Part shown: positions 13,483 to 26,665 of the stretch, in pieces | Layout: each line of letters begins with the position of its first letter | Numbering within the stretch: position 1 is the stretch's first letter | From: Camelus dromedarius | Taxonomy: Eukaryota | DNA: 64,000 nt | NCBI RefSeq assembly: GCF_036321535.1 | Contig: NC_087437.1 | Location: forward strand, 13,952,001 to 14,016,000 | Reading direction: 5' to 3' | Program-made: the position numbers and the translations under genes | The notes under the pieces: generated by a model | What the model saw: the letters and a program-made list of their open reading frames with translations, nothing else | The model's database searches: none | What the model was told of the DNA's origin: nothing

Positions 13483-13899
13483 GTATGTGCTTCAGAGGGA
13501 GCCTGGGTTTTGATGAATATTGCAAGATCCCTTACATATTAGAGGAACATAGCAATGTTGATTGCTCTAGGAAACCTAAGAATTGAAAATGCTCACATGC
13601 TTGTTCTCTGAACCAAGAAATTCGGCTTATTGTGGATTGGTGCTGATGATATCAGCTCTGTAAGTCTATTCTGTCTGTAAGGGTAAATTAATTTCATGTT
13701 TCTCCACTGTGGAGCTCACCCTAATTCTTGATAAACTTGAGTCATAAAGGGCTAGGACAAGAGAGCGAACTTGGAGAGAGGGCTGGGAGTCAGGAGACCC
13801 AGAGTATATTTTTACCTGTTTTTTAAATAAACTATAACTTCTTTGGACTCAGCATTGAGATCCTAAAAGTAAATGCATACACACATGCATGCGCGCATA

Positions 13900-14243
13900 T
13901 ATGACAAAAATAAATATGACCATGGTAGATCTCCCAACCTCTTCTGTAAGCATCATTGCGAAACAATCTAAGAATGTAACATTAGAGTATTGACCTATAG
14001 AAATCCACTAAATAGAGTACTATGAAAAGTTAAATTGTATAGGTATGTGTAAAGACATTAAAAGATGTTTAAAGTATTTTAAGTGAAAAGCATAAGTTCC
14101 ATTTTTGGCATTAAAAAAATGAATGGATGGATCTGTATCCATATGTTAAGTAGTTATCCCTCCCAGAATGGCAGAATTACAGGCTATTTTAATTTTGTTA
14201 TGTTTTCTCTAATGATCATCTAATACTTTTATAAGAAAAAAAG
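13900..14243 (+). mobile_element. Old L1ME-type 3' end fragment
   Basis: ttttaagtgaaaagc...atgttaagtagttatccctc...acttttataagaaaaaaa. Confidence 0.45.
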
Positions 14244-14624
14244 TCCTCAGGGTTCCAAATGTGTAGAGTATTTCTGGGATTTTTAAACAGCCTTTTTTTT
14301 TTTTAAATGCAATCTGATTGAGTCTGTTTTTTTGTGCAGATTGTTGCTTTTCAGAGCCCCTGAGTAAGAGGGAAGAGCTTTAGATGCCAATCTTGATCTT
14401 GATTCTTTTTCTGGACTTTGTGTTCACCAGTGTTATATACTTTGCTGACTGAAAACATTCTTTCCAGAAATACGAACAAGTTGTTGATTACCTACTATAG
14501 AGAAGGGGAAAAAATTAACACTTCAAAATCCTGTCCTGAACTCCATCTGGACTTAATAAAATGTTTACTTTAAATTGCCATGTTTATAAAATGCTTTAAC
14601 ACGAAATATCTTGGGTAATTTTCA

Positions 14625-14850
14625 CCATAGCAGAGTAAATGTTAAGACTGTGAAGTCAAACAGACTCAAATTTGAATCCTAATTTCACCACTTTAAGATA
14701 ATGAGACCTGGGACAAATAATTTGATCTTTCTCAGTCTTGGTTTTTCTCAGCTGCAAAATGGATATTGTTAACACACTTGTTAGAATTATTGAGATGTTT
14801 TATACTTAAAGCATCTGTTACAGTGCTTGGCATGTAATGGGCAATTTTAA
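14625..14850 (+). mobile_element. MIR SINE
   Basis: gaagtcaaacagactcaaatttgaatcc...gacctgggacaaataattt...ctgcaaaatgg...cagtgcttggcatgtaa. Confidence 0.7.
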
Positions 14851-14913
14851 TATATGCTAAATAACTTCAGTGTTTCTTCTGAGTTTATAAAACAGTAATA
14901 TTCTGCCTCCTAG

Positions 14914-15027
14914 ATTTTGAAGATGCTTAACAGCAACACAGAGAGCCCTTATTTGATATGGAATAATTCTACAAGAGCAGAACTGCTTGAATTTCTTGAA
15001 TCCCAACAAGAAAACATGATTAAAAAA
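14914..15027 (+). CDS. DNAJC13: DNAJC13 exon ([23 protein letters not shown]...MIKK)
   Basis: cctag| acceptor, aaa|gtatgt donor; IWN motif. Confidence 0.95.
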
Positions 15028-15379
15028 GTATGTTATTGTTTTATAAAGTTCTTGGATAACTTCCAGTAATAGAATCTCCGGAAATAGAAGTTAGTGTCGG
15101 CGAAACAGAAACCCATTATTTCTCCATTTGGTGATCATCAAGCTACTAGCTTTTTGCTATCTAATATTTGATCCATTTGATAACAGCATTCTTACTGTAT
15201 TTAATAATACGTGAGGATTTTTTGTGGTGTTTTGAATTACCACTTACATATAGCTGCCTTCTATTTTAACCATTCTTTAAACCCAGAAGCTCTGTTTTAA
15301 GTGTTCTTTTTAGCTTCTTTCCCTCGGTAAATCAAAATTGCTTTCTGGTATCAAAATTGAGTAATTTTTCCTATCCTGC

Positions 15380-15392
15380 CGCCATCTAGTGG
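15380..15392 (-). promoter_or_regulatory. CTCF-binding motif (predicted)
   Basis: CGCCATCTAGTGG; reverse complement CCACTAGATGGCG matches the CTCF core consensus. Confidence 0.55.
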
Positions 15393-16511
15393 AGAAGCTG
15401 TTAAGCCATGAAAAAAAAGACAGTAGGATGGGAAATAAGGAGAGGGCCTAGATAATGTATATATATAGATGATTGAGTCTTGATGGTTTAGAAGACAGTT
15501 ATGTTTGTGGGTTTGGAGTTTATTTAAAGAGGAACCATTGCTGTTATTTCCTGAACTATTAAAAAAAATTTTTTTTTCAAGGCTTGGTCTTTTTTATTTC
15601 AGTGTAGTATGCAAAACCATTAGAAAAGCTAAGGTAATAAAAGCTCAGCACATCAACTGCTGAGTTAAATAGGAGACACATTAATAGTATGAATTACTCA
15701 TACTTCAGAATTTCAAAACCTGGTTTTGAACTCATTTCTTGATAGTCACCGGAGCTCTTTGTAGGTAGAAGCTTTGAAAATTGCAGAGCGAACAGAGCTA
15801 AGGAGGACAAGTGTCGGGTTTCTATACATCATCTGTTCTCTCACCAGAAGAGACATAATATCATCTTCTTTTTGTTTGACCCTTTACAACTTTATGATGT
15901 ACTTTCACATAATATTTCAGTCAGTCCAACCTAAATTTTGTGCGATTTCAACCTAAGTCTAAATCTTGGGACTATTTTTTTACCCCATTCCTTTTCTATC
16001 TTTTTCTTTTCCTTTATTAAATGGAAACTCTTCTTGATTTGTCAACCTCTGTTACCCTGCTGCTTTTATTCAGAGACCCTGTTTTCCAGCACTTGCAGTT
16101 AATGTATTGTTTTTTAAAACCCTTTATTTCTTCACTCTCTTACCCTATATCTGATGGGGCCAAACGTCTGCTGAGCGGAGTAAGAAGGGCCAAGTATTAT
16201 CCTTGCTTATAGACGTCAGCTCTGAGACATCTCATTGGCTGATCTCTGATCTTTTGAAATTTTAAAATGAGTTATAATATTGATCTTTGGATTAAAAGTA
16301 ACAACTCTGCACCTGTTCTAGAGTCCACATCACAAACATGAAAATTGCACTGAGTGCTGTGATGTGTGTCCTACCACGTTTTTCCTCTATGGAAAACGAA
16401 CGGCTCTTTCAAGTTATTTGTCTTGTTATTAAGCTGAATATGGATAAATTTATAAACCAGACACAAATGACTCCAGTTTACATCTAACAGTCTATTTTCT
16501 TTTTTGAAAAG

Positions 16512-16628
16512 GGTGATTGTGACAAAACGTACGGATCAGAATTTGTCTACAGTGATCATGCCAAAGAACTTATTGTAGGGGAGATTTTTGTCAGGGTGTA
16601 TAATGAAGTCCCTACTTTCCCACTCGAG
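16512..16628 (+). CDS. DNAJC13: DNAJC13 exon ([11 protein letters not shown]...PTFPLE)
   Basis: gaaaag| acceptor, gag|gtaagc donor; 117 nt open. Confidence 0.94.
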
Positions 16629-17778
16629 GTAAGCTCTCGACTTTTAGTTTTGTCTGATACCTTTGATCATTTGTTATTGAAAGCAACTAGTTTATTCACA
16701 CTGTATACATCGAAATAATACCTGTTTTTTTGCCAAATGCTTTATGCTAACTTGGGTATGTGACGGGTGACCATTGATAACTTATGAGCCTCTTTATTTT
16801 GAATATTGAAGAATTTAATTTTGTGGATTCATAAATAAGAAGTTATTCCTTCCCCAGCTGTTCTTATATTTTGTGCACAGTACTGTCCCACTGTGTCATG
16901 TATATATGCCTTCAGCTTTTACTGATCTCTCATGGAAGTGTAAGGCCATTTACATGTCAAATTGCTTACACTATCATACTGAATATCAGACCACCTGACA
17001 GAAGTCCTTCTCTTATTAGAAGAAATTAGGAAAGCACAGGTGGAAAGCAGAGAGAATTTTAAGTTGATGACTAGAGTCACACCAGGTTCATCTTTTGTGA
17101 TGATCCCTAATCACTTCCAGAAGCAAATGAGGAGCTTCTTTTTCTTCTTAGTACTTAGGGATGGTGTAGGAAGTTTCTGTTGTAGTTTTTTTGTTTTTGC
17201 TTTTTGGAGTACATAACAAGGAGGATTTGGTGGTTGATTGGTTTATAAGGAGGGGAAAAGTGAGGCTTTGTTTCAGAGTTTGCCCTTGGGAAAAAAAGGA
17301 ATTTACTAAACTGTAATGTATATTATTTACCACAGAATAATACACATAAATCGCTGTTAAGCAGAATGAGTTCAGTGATTTGTGCAGTCTCTTTGAAGAT
17401 TGTCCTTTGACTTCATATTTTAAATACATGTAATTTTTAAATATAAAAATACAATGAAATATAGAAGTTATATATCATACTATCAATTACTTTGGTAAAG
17501 GGAAGACACACTCTAGTCTCAGAATTATATCAAAGTACTGATGGGAGTATATCAAGTCCCTAATGGATTAGGACAAAAAAAGTTAAATACTTTCTAACGC
17601 AATTGGATTTTGTCCTGTTTCTCCACCCCCTCCCCCTTAATCTGTAGATGTATTCATGCGTGTGTATAATTTAATCACTTTCATAGCTTGAAATGTTTTT
17701 GTTTTTGCTGTGGAGTCTTCGCTAATAGGTTATTCTCAAGGGCGCACATGTTTTTAAATATTTTTCCATTCAACTTAG

Positions 17779-17956
17779 GTTCCAAAAGCATTTGCTGCAA
17801 GTCTCTTGGATTATATAGGCTCCCAGGCCCAGTACCTCCACACATTCATGGCAATCACACACGCTGCAAAAGTGGAGTCCGAGCAGCATGGAGACCGCTT
17901 GCCAAGAGTGGAAATGGCTTTGGAGGCTCTGAGAAATGTCATAAAATATAATCCAG
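17779..17956 (+). CDS. DNAJC13: DNAJC13 exon ([14 protein letters not shown]...VIKYNP)
   Basis: cttag| acceptor, g|gtgtgt donor; 178 nt. Confidence 0.95.
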
Positions 17957-18360
17957 GTGTGTGACTGTACCCTTGATCAGTAAGATACTTATAATAGAAG
18001 AGCCCTAAAAATTCCAGTTCTCAATTTTATCAGGGAAAATTATTCTTGGTTATGATGTAATACTTAATATAATACTAGGAACTGATCCCATAATATTTTT
18101 ACCTATATATGGTACGGTGGAGAGGTCAAGTCACCATGCTTAGAAGTCATATCTAAGAGCAGGTTAAGTCTCCGTGAGTTGAAAAGGCAAAATAACTTCT
18201 TATAAAACTGCATATTGATGACGTAAGTTAACATACAAGTGTAAGTGCTTAAATTAGATTTATTTGGTGATCTGATTTTTGCCTCTTTTGGTCCTTAACA
18301 CTATGCCATGTGTATATGGGCCATTCATATTTTTGAAAAACTGCCTGAAGTTATTCGTGT

Positions 18361-18432
18361 ATAAAAATTAAAATAATAAAAAAATAATAATAATTAAAAC
18401 AATTAAAAATAATTAAAATAATAAAAAAAATT
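18361..18432. repeat. A-rich low-complexity tract
   Basis: ataaaaattaaaataataaaaaaataataataattaaaac... Confidence 0.8.
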
Positions 18433-19330
18433 GTTAAAACATCTTTAAGAGGACATTTCTAAGAATGTTATCAGCGAGATGGATGAGTGAAAATCCAACA
18501 GCTTCTTCCAGTTCTAACTTTGATAAACCAGTATAGGCGACAAAACCTAAAGCAATAGGAAACCACCTTAAGTTAATTGAAGACCTCACATCTTTTTTGT
18601 TAACACTTAAAATTATATTGCAGGTACTTTTTTGCTCTTTTCACTGTGTGTTACAGTTCTATTAAACTTCTGACATTTGGTTATTGCCAACAAATGAGTT
18701 AAACAAAATAAGCAATAGTAATTAAATGTTGTTAGGAAAATTAGTCATTCATTCCCAAGGTATACATGGGGATGTTATTAAAGGCAGATTTTATAAAAAT
18801 CTGAAGAAAACTTTGTTATTGTTTGGAGTTGCGTATTAGGTACAGAGAAATTGCAGCAAAGCTGGCCATCGATTTGGAACTCGTTTGTTTGTAATGTAGT
18901 CCTCAAGTGGCAGAGTTCTCAGTCTTAATCAAAAGCCACGTGACGTCACGCTCTCCCCAGATGTAATTAGGCGGAGAGAGGTAGCTCTGAGGTCTAGCGG
19001 TAAAGAGTAAGAATCCCACCTTACACTTTTCATTTTTGAATTGTATTTGGACTGTGCATTTGGTAAATTTGTTTTCAGCTTGTGAGCTAGCTAGCGGTGG
19101 GGATGGAAATGAAAACCAAACAAGCCTCAGAAGCTCTAACAGCGTTTTGCTTCTTAAGATGTACTGTGCTTAGTGGTGATACTTCACTTACTTCATGTCA
19201 CAAATGTTGAGAAAAGTCTTTTGGAGACTTAGAGTTGATAGTAACCAGCAGTGTACATTGGTTTTCGAAGGTCAATAATTTAGAGCATCTCTTGGTAATA
19301 AAAATTAAACATTTTATTTTTACTCCATAG

Positions 19331-19422
19331 GCTCTGAAAGTGAATGCATTGGACACTTTAAGTTAATATTTTCTCTTCTTCGAGTCCATGGAGCTGGTCA
19401 AGTACAGCAGTTGGCTTTAGAG
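19331..19422 (+). CDS. DNAJC13: DNAJC13 exon ([13 protein letters not shown]...QQLALE)
   Basis: catag| acceptor, gag|gtgaaa donor; 92 nt. Confidence 0.94.
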
Positions 19423-19529
19423 GTGAAAGGATTTTGTACTAAAGCATGTTGTCTTTCCTACCACTTACTATATATGGTTTGAGCTTTGATTAATTACTAT
19501 CTGAAGTTTCATTGAAGTTTGCATGTGCT

Positions 19530-19533
<4 letters not shown>

Positions 19534-19566
<33 letters not shown>
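19534..19566. repeat. (TG)n microsatellite
   Basis: ~16 perfect TG units. Confidence 0.95.
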
Positions 19567-19567
<1 letters not shown>

Positions 19568-21045
19568 TGCGTGTGTTTTGCCTTTTAAGCCAAGTGAATA
19601 TTTTTAAAATTTGAATTAATATGCTCATTTTGAAGAGCAAAGTGGCATAGTGTTGTTGAAGGTGGTTCTCTGTGGTCATTGTCTGTCATGCATTAGAACT
19701 TGGAATGCGTTGTGTAGTGCCATGTGGGGTGAGTTAAGGAATGGATTTGACTCAGGAAGCTTGGAGGCCACAGATCAGCAAGGAAAGGAGGCAAGATTTC
19801 CCTGATCTCTGTGTCCCCACATGTTGAGATCAGCGCACTCTGGTTGTGTTCCAGAGAACAGACCCTCCTCCTCCCCCTCCATTGCTCTCCCTTCTTATGA
19901 ATCTGATACAGAAGCAGCCTTTCCAGTGAGGGTGTCACACTTTACAGGAGCTGTCTAGGAAAAGCAACTGCTCAGAACCTGTGGGCTGTGGGGGTTTGAG
20001 AGTGGTTTTGGGGAGGGGGGGCTCCTTCAGGAGAATGAAATAATTGGTCCCGTAAGAAGCTGTTTGGGTGGAGCCTTTTTCTCTGGGAGAAGTGGGGGAA
20101 ACCCCAGTCACAGGGGACTCGTTCAGGCACCCAGGGTGAGCTGCCAGGATCTTTTTCCAAATGATCCTGCTTGTTGTAATAAGCACAATCCATTATAAAG
20201 AATTCAGCCCTGCAGTTAACAGGTTCATGAGTAGTTAATGAGTGATTAAGTTCTTAGATGGCATTCTGGTCTTAAAAAGATGTTTAGTAAAATAATAAAG
20301 GTTGGATTGGTCAAAGAGCTTAACTAGTGTGTTCTTTTCATTGAAAAGTGTGCTTCTCTAACTATTTCCTTCAAGTACCTTGTTAACTTTTAAGATAAGC
20401 ATTATTAGATCTACATTTTGCTTTGAGATTCAACCACATGATTGAAGTTAAGTGACATTGATCTTTAGATGCATATTATAAAAGTTAAACATGAGAGATC
20501 ATGCTCTTTGAAAGAAAAATATACCTATTTTCTTTATAACGGAAAGATAGACCCAATCTGTTGTACTGGGCACTGAAGACATTTACTTTCTCCCTCTAAA
20601 AGCTAAAAGAAAGTCCCAGTAATGAAGATCATTCATTTCCTAATCTTCCCACTGCAGATCTATGATTGGAAAACACTGCAGTGTACACCATAGTTCTGGA
20701 GCATGAACTGTGTAGGATTGAAGGCTTTTTGTAATCTTGAGATTGTAAATTGGTGCTAAAGTATTTGTTTAGATTATTTTATTTCTTACCTCTAAATTAA
20801 TAGAAATTGAATGTTCATAATATATGCATTAGTATTAACATATTTTACTTCTCCAAAGATCAAAGTAATAAAGCCAATCTCTTAAAATTAAACTCTTGCC
20901 TAAAAATTATTTTGTTCTCCAAACATTTTTTTCATTTTGGTGAAGCCTTACATTTATTTAGTTCTGACTAATTTGACTTAAATTTGTTTTAAGTCTGAGA
21001 TTATTTTCAAAACTCTTAATTAATATCCTGTTGATTAATTTTCAG

Positions 21046-21145
21046 GTTGTGAATATAGTGACATCTAACCAAGATTGTGTAAACAATATTGCTGAATCAA
21101 TGGTTTTGTCCAATTTATTGGCTCTTCTACATTCTTTGCCATCAA
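21046..21145 (+). CDS. DNAJC13: DNAJC13 exon ([11 protein letters not shown]...LLHSLPS)
   Basis: ttcag| acceptor, a|gtacgt donor; within ORF 21031-21216. Confidence 0.94.
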
Positions 21146-22759
21146 GTACGTATATTCACAAATGGAATTTTCAAAACCACAGCACAGTTAACCCATGGAG
21201 GGGAGCAGTTACATAGATAGTAAAAAACCTGACATAACGTTATCCTGTTTAGTTTTGGAATATTTTAAGTGGTATGCTTTATGTTAGATTTGTCTTCCTA
21301 ATTACTTTTTTACATAGTTAATAAAATTACTTTGTATTTCCCGTATTGAAAGTTGGAGGTGAGAGCGATCCAAAAGCAAAGGAAAAGAATTGAGGATTTT
21401 TCATTGGCTGAGTGTGAGCTACACATGAGTAATTGAGAATTGACTAATATTCCATGGTTTATTTAAAAACCACAATTGGTCTTAGAAAATAGAAGAAACG
21501 CTTAAGATAAAAATCACCTTGTGTTCAGCTTAAAGTTCAGTCCTGTGTTGCCATTTACTGATTTGATACTGATAGTGACTACTACCACCGAATGAGATCA
21601 GTTTAAAAAAATACACCAACCTGATTTCTTGAATACAGCCTGCACTAATTCAGCCTTCTTATAAACGTACGTGCAGTTGTCTAGTGTGTAGTTGTGCTAG
21701 AATCAACCTTGAGATCGCTTTTCAAAGGCAGTTGCGATATGACTCCAACTTCACTGACCATCAGCATACTTTGCTGAGTCAGCTTTGCCAACCCCTTGGA
21801 AGTCGTGTTAATCCTGTCTACCTCCTTGAGAGCAGGAACTTGTCTGCCTCGATCATGGTGTGCTTCTGTGCCTTGCACGTGTTAGGAATTCCTTTTATGT
21901 TCAGTGAATTGAGTGGAGTGGGATTTCCAATGAATAATTTTCTTTTCTTTAATAAATAACATGTTTGAAAGTCATTTGCAGATGATTTTTACAACCTTTA
22001 GTTGGTTTTTCTTTTTTGTCAGTTTCCAACAGCTTTGTAAGCCTTCAGACAATGCAGAATTAAACTGATTGATGAAGTGAAGAATGCTACAGAAGTCATA
22101 GTTTGAAAGTCTTATTTTATATTTATATCTGATGTATACAGTCTAGTCAGTATTCTAACCTTACAGGTGAAACAGCTTACATCTAGATAGCTCAGCCTAC
22201 CCTGCTATCATTTACGTCGTAGACCAAATTATCTTCCACTATTTGCTAAGGGACATTAAATACATAAAATTTTAACTTCCCCAACCCCCCTCCAAAGACT
22301 TGTTTTCCTTCAAAGCTGTGGTTAGAACAGTGATGAGTTTTCCATGAAGCATTATTTCTTCTAAAAATCTTTTGAGTGTTCATTCTGCCTGTTAACTTAC
22401 CTCAGTCTGGCCACCAGTGTTTGTTGTTTTAGTCTCGGCCTAATACTTGGCAGCCTCCACCCTCTTTGCCAACTGTTTATTCCTTTGGTCACCTGTCTGG
22501 TGCTGCCATTCGACTCTAGAAGAGCGAAGTCCAGTAGCCCTGCCTGCTTCGATGACAAGGGGTGAAAGGTGCCCAGACTGTGTCCAGAAGGATGCTGTTG
22601 GGTCTTAGATTGGAACAGTGTGTTGCAACTGCTACTTCCAACTCATTTCTGTAAGACAGTAGCACCGCATAAAACTCCTAGATCCTTGAACAGAGCATCT
22701 GCAGGGTGGCAGGAGGTGAGAAGATTTTGTTTGCACAGTGAACAGTGGGTAGGAAGACA

Positions 22760-22990
22760 GTACAGCATAGTGGTGATGCATGTGCCCTTTCGAGTCAGAC
22801 ATTCCTCTGTAAAAACTCAGCTGTACCACTAGCTGTAAATCCATGGGCTGATCAAGCTGGGCCTCCGCTTCCTCACTCATGACAAGATCAGAATACCTCT
22901 TTTGCTGGTTTTTGTGAAGATGAACATATGCTACCCTGTGTAGAACACCTAGTTTAGTCTCTGGCACCAACGCCCGGTAAATGTGTAAGC
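22760..22990 (+). mobile_element. MIR SINE
   Basis: cagcatagtggtgatgcatgtg...gagtcagac...ctgtaccactagctgt...gggcctccgcttcctcac. Confidence 0.65.
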
Positions 22991-23032
22991 TGATGTGATG
23001 ATACATTCCTTGAAATGTCTTTTACTCTGCAG

Positions 23033-23107
23033 GTCGTCAGCTTGTTCTGGAAACTCTTTATGCTTTGACATCAAGTACAAAAATAATCAAAGAAGCAATG
23101 GCAAAAG
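23033..23107 (+). CDS. DNAJC13: DNAJC13 exon ([24 protein letters not shown])
   Basis: ctgcag| acceptor, g|gtaatg donor; 75 nt. Confidence 0.94.
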
Positions 23108-23331
23108 GTAATGAGTGAAGTGCTTTCTCACCTAATCACTCTCAGTAATTATGAAGCTTACTTTGAGCTGCTTTGTATAGTCTAATAAATGAGAAGAATG
23201 CTTTGGAAGGCTTACAGTTTTAAAAAAATAACTGCATTGAGTTTAAATAAGGTTGAAAATGAATTCTACTGATTATAAAAGTCATATTTTTTACATGGAG
23301 TATAAACACTAATTATTTTTTTCCTTCACAG

Positions 23332-23444
23332 GAGCTTTGATTTACTTACTAGATATGTTCTGTAATTCAACACATCCACAAGTTCGAGCCCAGACAGCAG
23401 AACTTTTTGCTAAAATGACAGCAGATAAACTAATAGGTCCAAAG
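23332..23444 (+). CDS. DNAJC13: DNAJC13 exon ([16 protein letters not shown]...KLIGPK)
   Basis: cacag| acceptor, aag|gtgagc donor; 113 nt. Confidence 0.95.
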
Positions 23445-24614
23445 GTGAGCACAAATAGGTTCTTAGAAAGAAATTAATTGTTAAAGCTCTGTTACTTTGA
23501 TAACTGATTTCATGAGGTTTACCAAAGTCTGAGATGCTGAGGAAATAACCTGTGTGAAAGCTGGAAGATCAACATACCTGAAATTGTCCCTGTGTATTAC
23601 TAGTTAGAGAAAAAATATATTTGGGGAAGCCTGTGCTACAATTGAGAAGCCTTAAGGGAGTGTTTGAATCGCAGTGATAAAACTGTTCATCCCCCTTGAA
23701 GAAAGAAAAAAAGCGTATTTCAGTTATGTCAGAAGATAGGTGAGGTTAGATTTTCACACTTTGAGAATTGGCCTATGAAAGCAGCTCATGAAGGAGATGG
23801 TGATCTGTGTCCTTATACACCCCTTACGGGTGTATATACCAGCCTCTTGAAGTAAGGCCACACAGCACGTGAGCGTAATGGCACCCTGCTTCCCTTCTCT
23901 GCAGGGAGAGCTCACGCTGCGAATCTGGAGATGGCGAGATGATCTCTGGAACCACGGTCCAGTTTGTAGAGCAGGAACCTGTTAGAACAATACTTCTACA
24001 TTGAATTGCATCCAGGCATGGGTGTAAACAAAGTCCCTTGTTCTGTTAAATCAGTTTCACATGAAGTAATGCTCACTGAAGCATTGTCTGTGCCAAGCCA
24101 GATATGAAATAAAGGCTCCTGAGCCCTCGCTTCCAGAGTCTGATTTCATATCAGCAAAACAGGCTGCATTCAATTTGTTTTCTTTCTTGCCTGATCTCCC
24201 AGTTTAGCTATTGAGAATCTGTCACAGGACCTGGAACCGTTTTGTTTTGAAAGTGTGGCTGATAGTTTGTCATCAGCAGGATTGATGAGATATGGGTGAT
24301 TTTATTTGAATGTCTATAGAAAGGGTCTGTAAAATGAAGAATATTGAGTTTTCTTAAAGCTAGATTTGAGTAGCACGTAATTATAACATCTAATATTAGA
24401 TGTTTTAAATAATGTTTTAATATTTAAAATAAATGTGTACTGAAATTATTTTGAGCTCTTCAGTAACTTTTTGACTTTTGAAGTAAATGAGGGATATTTT
24501 GCCAAGGTGAATATATTTACGTGTCAATTTTCTGTATAGTGAAAAATACAAGTATCAGCTTCTTTACTGAATGATTTGCAGCAAGGGATTCTAGAACTGG
24601 CATCAGTAACTTTT

Positions 24615-24928
24615 TCCCTTTTTGGTAACAGCTTTATTGAGATACAACTGACATACCACATAATTCACACATACAGAATGCACAGCTCAGCGGCTTGGAC
24701 AACAGCAGTCAGTTACAGGGCATTTTCATCAACATGGGGAAAGGCCCGTCCGTTTCAGCAGTCACTTTCATTCCCCTTCCTCCCAGCACTTGTTGTCCTT
24801 GTAGCTTGGGCTTGGGATGTCGTATCTAAGAAACCATTATCTAATCTAAGGTCAGAAAGATCTGTACCTGTTTTTTCCTGTGAGTTTTATAGTTTTAGCC
24901 CTTGTATTTAGGTCTTAGACCCATTTGA
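24615..24928 (-). mobile_element. L1M-type fragment (3' end joined to an ORF2 piece)
   Basis: aacagctttattgagatacaactgacatacca...; gtatctaagaaaccattatctaatctaaggtca...tatttaggtct. Confidence 0.6.
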
Positions 24929-25456
24929 CCAAGAAAAGTGACATACCTGCTGTTTCGTAGATGCTCTCTGTCGTGTAACTGACACTTTCCGTTAGTTCAT
25001 TGGCTGCTCGGAGGTTCAGAGCTCTTGATGTTTCTTTGTGTACTGAATTCATACTAGCATGTGGGGGGAGAGATGGAGGGACAGGCCAGCTGAGGGCCTT
25101 CTGGGAAGAGGGAGCAGCGTGTGCAGGGCAGGTTGTGGCCAGATGTGCTCTGGGAACTGCACACGAGTGGTGCTGGATTTTTTTTTTTAACATTTCTTGA
25201 ATTTGAGGTGGAGCAAGGAAATGAAAACTGGATAGGCAAGTAGTAGCAGGTCGTTAGTGAGTCTTGTTACCTTTGGTTTATCTGTTAGTTACCAAGGTTC
25301 CTCTTCTCTCGCTGCCGAAGTTCTAGATGCTAGTTATGGCCCACAGCAGCCGTAACACAAAGTACAGCCACGTTCTATCTCAGAGAAATGTAAAGCAAAC
25401 CAATACTGAGATGTTTCCAACGGGTCTTTTTTCTTTCTCAAACCTCTTTCATCTAG

Positions 25457-25626
25457 GTTCGAATTACATTAATGAAATTTCTCCCAAGCGTTTTTATGGA
25501 TGCCATGAGAGACAACCCTGAAGCTGCTGTCCACATTTTTGAAGGAACTCATGAAAATCCGGAGTTAATTTGGAATGACAGTTCCAGAGATAAAGTGTCC
25601 ACAACTGTTAGAGAAATGATGCTCGA
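25457..25626 (+). CDS. DNAJC13: DNAJC13 exon ([10 protein letters not shown]...[21 protein letters not shown])
   Basis: tctag| acceptor, ga|gtaagt donor; IWN motif. Confidence 0.95.
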
Positions 25627-25786
25627 GTAAGTAGAGACACACACATCATGACTTCCAGCCTTCAGGTGGAGTCACTGGGCAGGCGAATGAATGTTGTCTG
25701 TGGCCCCTCTAAGACTTACTCTGTAAAGGTTCATGAAAGTGTATCTTGTGACTGAAGTCTCATATCCTTCTGCTTTTTTCCCCAAG

Positions 25787-25829
25787 GCACTTTAAAAATC
25801 AGCAAGACAACCCTGATGTAAACTGGAAG
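25787..25829 (+). CDS. DNAJC13: DNAJC13 exon (HFKNQQDNPDVNWK)
   Basis: cccaag| acceptor, aag|gtaaaa donor; 43 nt needed to restore phase. Confidence 0.93.
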
Positions 25830-26210
25830 GTAAAATATGCTTTTATTCAGAGGAAGGAATTTTATGTTTTACTGTTTTATTGTTTTGGGTTTTTTTTTCC
25901 TAATTCCTGCTGAGTCAGTTCAGTACCAGCCTTTTCCATACTTTGTCCTTAAGATACTTTAGGTCTTCCCCTGGAAGACAGGTTTTAAACATAAAAGTGG
26001 CAACACCCACTTTTGAAATAAGTAATTAAAGCACCTTTTCTGAATTTTATTAAGAGAAAACAAAACTTAACAATAATTATGATTTGATCTATTAATGACT
26101 GTTCAAGGACTAGTTAATTTCATGAGTTTCTTTAATAGGGTTTGCATTTCTTGATTAATGTACAGCTGACGATTTATTAAGTGACTTGACACTTCTTTCC
26201 CTGTTCAAAG

Positions 26211-26384
26211 CTGCCTGAAGACTTTGCTGTGGTGTTTGGAGAAGCAGAGGGTGAACTTGCTGTTGGAGGAGTTTTCTTGAGAATCTTTATTGCACAACCA
26301 GCTTGGGTTCTAAGAAAGCCTCGAGAATTTCTTATTGCACTTCTAGAAAAATTAACTGAGCTCCTGGAGAAGAACAATCCTCAC
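26211..26384 (+). CDS. DNAJC13: DNAJC13 exon ([11 protein letters not shown]...EKNNPH)
   Basis: tcaaag| acceptor, cac|gtaagc donor; overlaps ORF 26229-26468. Confidence 0.95.
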
Positions 26385-26499
26385 GTAAGCTTCTGCCATC
26401 AGCAAAACATTTCAGATAGTTTGCTGAGTATGTTGATGATGTTTCTGTTAAAACACCATCCTCACTGACCATGCGTTAAGAAGTGACTACCTCTTCAAA

Positions 26500-26664
26500 C
26501 TATTTGGTACAAAATAAGATATAAGAATATACTGTACAGCACTGGGAATATACCAATATTTTATAATACTATAAATGGAGTATAACCTTAAAAATGTGAA
26601 TCACTGTATTGTACACCTGTAACTTATATAATACTGTACAGCAACTATACTTTAATTTTTAAAA
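26500..26664 (+). mobile_element. L1 3' end fragment
   Basis: tactgtacagcactgggaatata...aatcactgtattgtacacctgtaacttatataatactgtacagcaactatacttt. Confidence 0.7.
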
Positions 26665-26665
26665 G

